Part shown: one piece after another, positions 35,214 to 39,760 of the stretch
Numbering within the stretch: position 1 is the first letter of the stretch
Layout of the letters: each line of letters opens with the position of its first letter
The notes under the pieces: generated by a model
Database searches by the model: none
Told to the model about the DNA's origin: nothing
The model's input: the letters and a program-made list of their open reading frames with translations, nothing else
Assembly: GCA_016650015.1 (NCBI GenBank)
Contig: JAENWV010000002.1
Span: 1-39,760 of the forward strand
Source of the DNA: Thermoleophilia bacterium
GTDB lineage: Bacteria; Actinomycetota; Thermoleophilia; BMS3ABIN01
Direction of reading: 5' to 3'
DNA: 39,760 nt
Made by a program: the position numbers and the translations under genes

Positions 35214-35249
35214 GCCCGCAGCCCCAACGGTTGCGGGCTCTTTTTGTTT
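35214..35249 (+). terminator. Intrinsic terminator/attenuator between rnc and smc
   Basis: GCCCGCA (35214-35220), an 11-nt loop, TGCGGGC (35232-35238), then TCTTTTTGTTT. Confidence 0.6.
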
Positions 35250-35291
35250 GGGAATAGGGATTGGCGCATCAGGCAGCCCGAAAGGAGACAA

Positions 35292-38200
35292 ATGTTTCTC
35301 AAGTCCATAAAAGCCCGGGGATTCAAATCGTTCGCGCGCCCGGTCGAGTTCGGTTTCGAGACCGGCGTTACCGTGGTGGTCGGTCCCAACGGCAGCGGCA
35401 AGAGCAATATCGCCGATGCCGTGGTCTGGGCGATGGGCGAACAGAGCCCCTCCGCCGTTCGGGGCGCCAGCATGCAGGACGTCATCTTTTCCGGCAGTGA
35501 CAAACTGGCCCCGGCGGGTATGTCCGAGGTTGAGATCACGCTCGATAACAGTCAGGGTTTGCTGCCCATAGAATTTTCTGAAGTAACGGTCTCCCGCCGC
35601 CTGTATCGTGGCGGCGAGGGACAGTATTTCATCAACCGGTCCGCCTGCCGGCTGATCGACGTGACCGAACTTTTATCGGATGCCGGGCTGGGGCGCGACG
35701 GCCATTCGATCGTCAGCCAGGGCAAGGTGGATTCCATCCTCGAGAGCAAGCCCATCGAGCGGCGTTCCCATATTGAGGAGGCCGCCGGCCTCGGCAAGTT
35801 CAAGAAGCGCCGGCACCGGGCGGAGCACAAGTTTGCGGCGGTACGGCGCAACCTCGAGCGGCTGGCCGATGTCGAAGAGGAAGTGAAGAGCAATCTGAGG
35901 CCTCTGAAACGGCAGGCTACAGCCGCCGAGCGTTCATCAAAGCTCGATCAGCAGATCGCCGTGGCGCAGACGAGACTGATCAAGGGACGGCTTGAGGTTT
36001 TGACCGCGGAGCTGGAGGCGGCCGAAACGGCCTGGCGCAACGCCGGCGCCCGCCGCGCCGAGCTGGAGCAGAAGCTGGCCGCCACCGCCGAAGAGCGGCG
36101 CCGCACCGAGGAGCTGCTCTCTTCCTCACTGCAGGAGCACAAACGGCTGGCCGCAAGCTACTACAGCCTGAAATCACAGAAAGACAGTTTGGGCGGCCGG
36201 AAGGACGCCATGGCCGAGCGCCGGGACATGCTGGCTTTGGCGGCCCGCCGTGCCGAGGCGAGAATCGAGAACCTCAAGGGGCAGGCGGAACGGACCGCGG
36301 CCGAGCTGGATCGCACACGCGCCGAACACGAGCGGGATGTTGCCCGGCTGGAGGAAATTGAAACCGAACTGGCCGCCCGGCAGGATGAGTTTGCCGCCGC
36401 TGACGCCGAGCTGAGCCGCCGCCGCGAGGCCAGTGAAGAAAAGACCCGCAAGGTCGGCGAACTTGCCGTCTTGCGTGACCGCTACACCCATCAGACCGAT
36501 TATCTCAACCAGCGCAAGCAGAAGCTGGCTGCCTCCATCGAGCGCGCCGCCCAGGAGGCCGCGGCACACCGCCGTGAACTTGCCGGGCTGGACGAACGGG
36601 CGCAAGCGGAAGAGGAGAAGCTCAAGGGATGGCGTGACAAGGCCACCGCGGCCGACGCCACCCTCAAGGATTTGATCAGCCGGCGCTCCGAGCTGGAGGC
36701 CCGGCGTCAGGAGATCACATCCGAACTGCGCCGTGTCGGCGAGGATCTGCAGATCGCCAAGGCCAGGCTCACCTTCATCGGTGACAGCGATCGCGACCGA
36801 TCGGGACTGCCGCCCGCTGCCAAGCAGATCGCCATCGACCACAGCGTCAAGGCGCTGGTAGAACTGATCGAGGTGGAAAGCGGCTATGAGCAGGCAGTTT
36901 CCGCCGTGATGGGCAGCCTGCTGTTCGCTTTGGCGGTCGACGGCATCGGGCAGGCCGGCGAACTGCTGACCCAGGCACGCTCCGCCAAACTCGGCAGCGT
37001 TCAGTTTCTGATGCCGCGGGAAAACTGCGGCGCGCGGGAACGGCGGGATGGCGAAGACTATCTCATTGATCATGTAAAGGTTGCCGGCGGCCAGGAGAAC
37101 CGGGTGGCTGATCTGCTCGCCGGGGTGCGGGTGGTGGAGGACATTACCAAGGCCAGGGCTTCGAGCGAAGACGGCACCGAGCCGGCGGCCGGGGGTTTTA
37201 CCGGTGCCGACATCCTGGTTACCCGCGATGGCGTGGTCTATCATACCGGCCGTGGTTTGCTGAGCTACAAGGCCGACCCACCTTCATCGGTGGTTCTCAA
37301 GCAGCGTAACGAACGCCGCCATCTGGAGGCGGAGCGTGAGGCGGCCGGAGCGCGGCATATCGAACTCGAGTCGCATCTGGAAAAGATAGTCGTTGATCTG
37401 GCTGATATCGACCGGCGACGCGCCGACGCGGACCAGGAAGCTCGCGAGGTCCTGGACGAGATGCGCGAAGCCGAGAGTTCGCTGACCGGTCTTGATCGCA
37501 AACGCCGGGTGCTTTCCCAGGAAGCGGAGATCAAGGAGGCATCCCGGGAGCACCTGCGGGCCGAGGATCAGAAAATCGACGAGGAGCTGGAGGAAGCCGG
37601 CCGCAGTCTGGAGGAAACCAGGCGCGCTCTGGCTGAGGCCGGCGTCGCCGCGGGGGCCGCTCCTGACGAAGATGATGAAAGCCTGGCCGCACGCCGGCAG
37701 GACCTTTCCGGTATTGTCACTGAGCTGCAGATCACTGCGGCGCGGGTCCGTGAACGTGAGCGGGTCGGCGGTCTGGCCATCGAGCGCATAGCCCCGGCTC
37801 TGGAGCATCTGCGGCGCGATCAGCAGGAAACCGGGCGCCAGCTGGCGGCGTACCAGAGACTGGAGCCCGCCTGCTCGGCACTGCTGGCGAGCATCGAAAA
37901 GCTGGCGATCATCTTCGAGCGCATGGCCGGTGGCCTGGAAGCACAGCTGCGAGAGAGTGAAGAGCGGAGCAACCTGCACTCGACCAGCCTTCGCGAGCTA
38001 TCAACCGCTGAGGCTGGCCTGCAACAGGAACTGAGCGGGGCCAGCGATGCTTCCACCGAACGCGAGGTCAGCGTCACCAGGCTGCGTGACCAGGTCCAGG
38101 AACAGGCTTCGCGCCTGGAAAAACTGGAAAACCGCTATCCCGAGGCCGGGCTCGGAGAGCTCGAGGCGGCGCCGTCTACGGAGCTGGAGATTTTTGAAGA

Positions 38201-39131
38201 ACAGATCGAGCGCCTGCTGCGCCGGCGCGAGTTGATCGGTCCGGTAAACCCGTTAGCGCAGCAGGAGTACGAGGAGATGGTGGAGCGCCAGAGTTTTCTC
38301 AGTGAGCAGCGGGCCGACCTGGAGAAGAGCCTCGACGAACTCACCGGCCTGATCAAGGAACTCACCGACCGCATCGAGTCCAGTTTTTCGGCGACTTTCG
38401 AGGCTGTGCGCCAGCATTTTTCTGACGTGGTCGGGACCCTGTTCCCGGGCGGCGAGGGCCGCTTGACCCTGGTGGAGCCCGACATCACTTTGGTGGATGA
38501 GAGCGGGGAGCCCACGGTCGAGGGCGAGACTGTCGAAGATACCGTCAATACCGGCGACCGCCGCGGCATCGAGATCTCGGTGAAACCGGCGCGAAAGGCG
38601 CTGCGCAGTCTGCAGCTGCTGTCCGGTGGCGAGCGTTCGCTGGTGGCCATCGCCTTCCTCTTCGCTATTTTCCTGGCCCGTCCGGCGCCGTTCTATATCC
38701 TCGACGAGGTTGAGGCTGCGCTCGACGATCTCAACATCGACCGGCTGCTTTCGATGCTGCGCCGTTACCAGAACCGGACCCAGTTCATCGTCATCACCCA
38801 CCAGAAACGCACCATGGAAGTCGCCGACGTGCTTTATGGGGTCAGCATGGGACCGGACGGCACCTCGACGGTGCTCTCCCGCAAGATGCCAGCCGCTGAA
38901 ACCGCCAGCGCAGACGGAGGGGCCGAAACCGGGATTGATGATGAGCTGGCGGATAATTCCAAAACAGGTTCGGAGGAATCAGCCGCTCACGCGGAATCGG
39001 GTTCGGAGGAATCAGCCGCTCACGCGGAATCGGGTTCGGAGGAATCAGCCGCTATCGCGGAATCGGACGCAATCCGGCAGGGTTCATCGGTCTCCCAGGA
39101 AGACATCGAAGCGACCGCGGTAGCTAGTTAA
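35292..39131 (+). CDS. smc: Chromosome partition protein SMC with repeat-containing acidic C-terminal tail
   Basis: The ATG at 35292 follows AAGGAGA and gives MFLKSIKARGFKSFA. Walker A GPNGSGKSN, long coiled coils, a hinge, signature LSGGERSL and Walker B FYILDEVEAALD are present. The 35064 start in the ORF track overlaps rnc and is rejected. Confidence 0.96.
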   Translation: MFLKSIKARGFKSFARPVEFGFETGVTVVVGPNGSGKSNIADAVVWAMGEQSPSAVRGASMQDVIFSGSDKLAPAGMSEVEITLDNSQGLLPIEFSEVTVSRRLYRGGEGQYFINRSACRLIDVTELLSDAGLGRDGHSIVSQGKVDSILESKPIERRSHIEEAAGLGKFKKRRHRAEHKFAAVRRNLERLADVEEEVKSNLRPLKRQATAAERSSKLDQQIAVAQTRLIKGRLEVLTAELEAAETAWRNAGARRAELEQKLAATAEERRRTEELLSSSLQEHKRLAASYYSLKSQKDSLGGRKDAMAERRDMLALAARRAEARIENLKGQAERTAAELDRTRAEHERDVARLEEIETELAARQDEFAAADAELSRRREASEEKTRKVGELAVLRDRYTHQTDYLNQRKQKLAASIERAAQEAAAHRRELAGLDERAQAEEEKLKGWRDKATAADATLKDLISRRSELEARRQEITSELRRVGEDLQIAKARLTFIGDSDRDRSGLPPAAKQIAIDHSVKALVELIEVESGYEQAVSAVMGSLLFALAVDGIGQAGELLTQARSAKLGSVQFLMPRENCGARERRDGEDYLIDHVKVAGGQENRVADLLAGVRVVEDITKARASSEDGTEPAAGGFTGADILVTRDGVVYHTGRGLLSYKADPPSSVVLKQRNERRHLEAEREAAGARHIELESHLEKIVVDLADIDRRRADADQEAREVLDEMREAESSLTGLDRKRRVLSQEAEIKEASREHLRAEDQKIDEELEEAGRSLEETRRALAEAGVAAGAAPDEDDESLAARRQDLSGIVTELQITAARVRERERVGGLAIERIAPALEHLRRDQQETGRQLAAYQRLEPACSALLASIEKLAIIFERMAGGLEAQLRESEERSNLHSTSLRELSTAEAGLQQELSGASDASTEREVSVTRLRDQVQEQASRLEKLENRYPEAGLGELEAAPSTELEIFEEQIERLLRRRELIGPVNPLAQQEYEEMVERQSFLSEQRADLEKSLDELTGLIKELTDRIESSFSATFEAVRQHFSDVVGTLFPGGEGRLTLVEPDITLVDESGEPTVEGETVEDTVNTGDRRGIEISVKPARKALRSLQLLSGGERSLVAIAFLFAIFLARPAPFYILDEVEAALDDLNIDRLLSMLRRYQNRTQFIVITHQKRTMEVADVLYGVSMGPDGTSTVLSRKMPAAETASADGGAETGIDDELADNSKTGSEESAAHAESGSEESAAHAESGSEESAAIAESDAIRQGSSVSQEDIEATAVAS
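38967..39065. repeat. 3 x 33-bp tandem repeat encoding GSEESAAHAES x2 + GSEESAAIAES
   Basis: Units at 38967-38999 and 39000-39032 are identical. The unit at 39033-39065 differs at 2 nt (CAC to ATC). Confidence 0.9.
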
Positions 39132-39134
39132 TCC

Positions 39135-39760
39135 ATGACCCGCTCCTGGCACGAGGTGTTCAAGGGAACCGCTGCGCCTGACGCGGCCGCCGAGACTTCC
39201 GCCGTGGAAGAGGAAGAGAAGAAGCGCGGCTGGTTCAAGCGCTTCAAGGAAGGCCTGTCCAAGAGCCGGCAGAACATGCAGCAGCACCTGTCGGCGATCA
39301 TGTTCGACAAGATCGACGCCGACCTCTGGGAGCGGCTGGAGGAGACCCTCATCTTCGCCGATTGCGGCGTCAAGAGCACTGTCGCCATCGTCGAGCGCAT
39401 GGAACAGGCCGCCAACGACGGCAAGATCCTCGGCAAGGACCAGTTCTACTCCTATCTCGAGGAATCGATCACGGAGATGTTCACCGTCGGCGACTACCAG
39501 ATCGATGTTTCGCACCAGCCATCAGTCATCCTCATGGTCGGAGTTAACGGCACCGGCAAGACCACGACGCTCGGCAAGATAGCCTGGCATCTGCAACGCG
39601 AGGGCAAGAGCGTGATGCTGGTGGCTGCCGACACTTTTCGCGCCGCCGCCATCGAGCAGCTGCAGGTCTGGGGTAAGCGAGTTGACTGCCCGGTTATCGC
39701 CCAGAAGCATGGCAGCGACCCGGGAGCCGTGGTCTTTGACGCCATCTCCGCCGCGAAATC
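39135..39760 (+). CDS. ftsY: Signal recognition particle receptor FtsY (3'-truncated by window end)
   Basis: Hand translation from the ATG at 39135: [11 protein letters not shown]...[22 protein letters not shown]...[19 protein letters not shown]...[17 protein letters not shown]. It has the acidic N-terminus, NG domain and G1 motif. It is not in the ORF track because it has no stop in the window. Confidence 0.93.
   Translation, partial: MTRSWHEVFKGTAAPDAAAETSAVEEEEKKRGWFKRFKEGLSKSRQNMQQHLSAIMFDKIDADLWERLEETLIFADCGVKSTVAIVERMEQAANDGKILGKDQFYSYLEESITEMFTVGDYQIDVSHQPSVILMVGVNGTGKTTTLGKIAWHLQREGKSVMLVAADTFRAAAIEQLQVWGKRVDCPVIAQKHGSDPGAVVFDAISAAK

Overview
This is a visibly GC-rich bacterial chromosomal segment with strong G/C preference at third codon positions. 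Essentially every credible gene is on the + strand. The content is core housekeeping in a Gram-positive-type order: tig-clpP-clpX-lon | valS-folC | Zn-ribbon membrane protein | ndk | maf-mreB-mreC-mreD-mrdA(PBP2)-rodA-(DUF697-like ORF) | radical-SAM protein (TIGR03960-like) + DUF2344-like partner, then RNase E/G | IS200-like Y1 transposase | rplU-rpmA | obg | pyrF | LysM protein + D,D-carboxypeptidase | PfkB-family kinase | GT4 glycosyltransferase | plsX-acpP-rnc-smc-ftsY (ftsY runs off the 3' end). I found no rRNA, tRNA, CRISPR array, prophage or recognisable defence or toxin island. I see no convincing evidence for a novel multi-gene system, so this reads as an ordinary core region with local oddities. 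(1) A single HUH/Y1 (RAYT/IS200-like) transposase gene is bracketed by 36-bp inverted repeats (35/36 identical) with patterned short repeats, inserted between rng and rplU. (2) FolC carries a ~240-aa Lys/Ala/Pro-rich histone-H1-like N-terminal extension. (3) Ribosomal protein L21 has a ~80-aa Lys/Ala/Glu/Thr-rich C-terminal tail. (4) SMC and trigger factor have acidic C-terminal tails encoded by near-perfect tandem DNA repeats. (5) An uncharacterised DUF697-like, P-loop-less ORF overlaps the end of rodA. (6) The conserved but functionally unassigned radical-SAM/DUF2344 pair sits upstream of RNase E/G. (7) Several palindromes and hairpins lie in the few long intergenic gaps, and two sub-60-aa membrane ORFs are absent from the ORF track. 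All family assignments come from motifs read by eye. No database search was possible.
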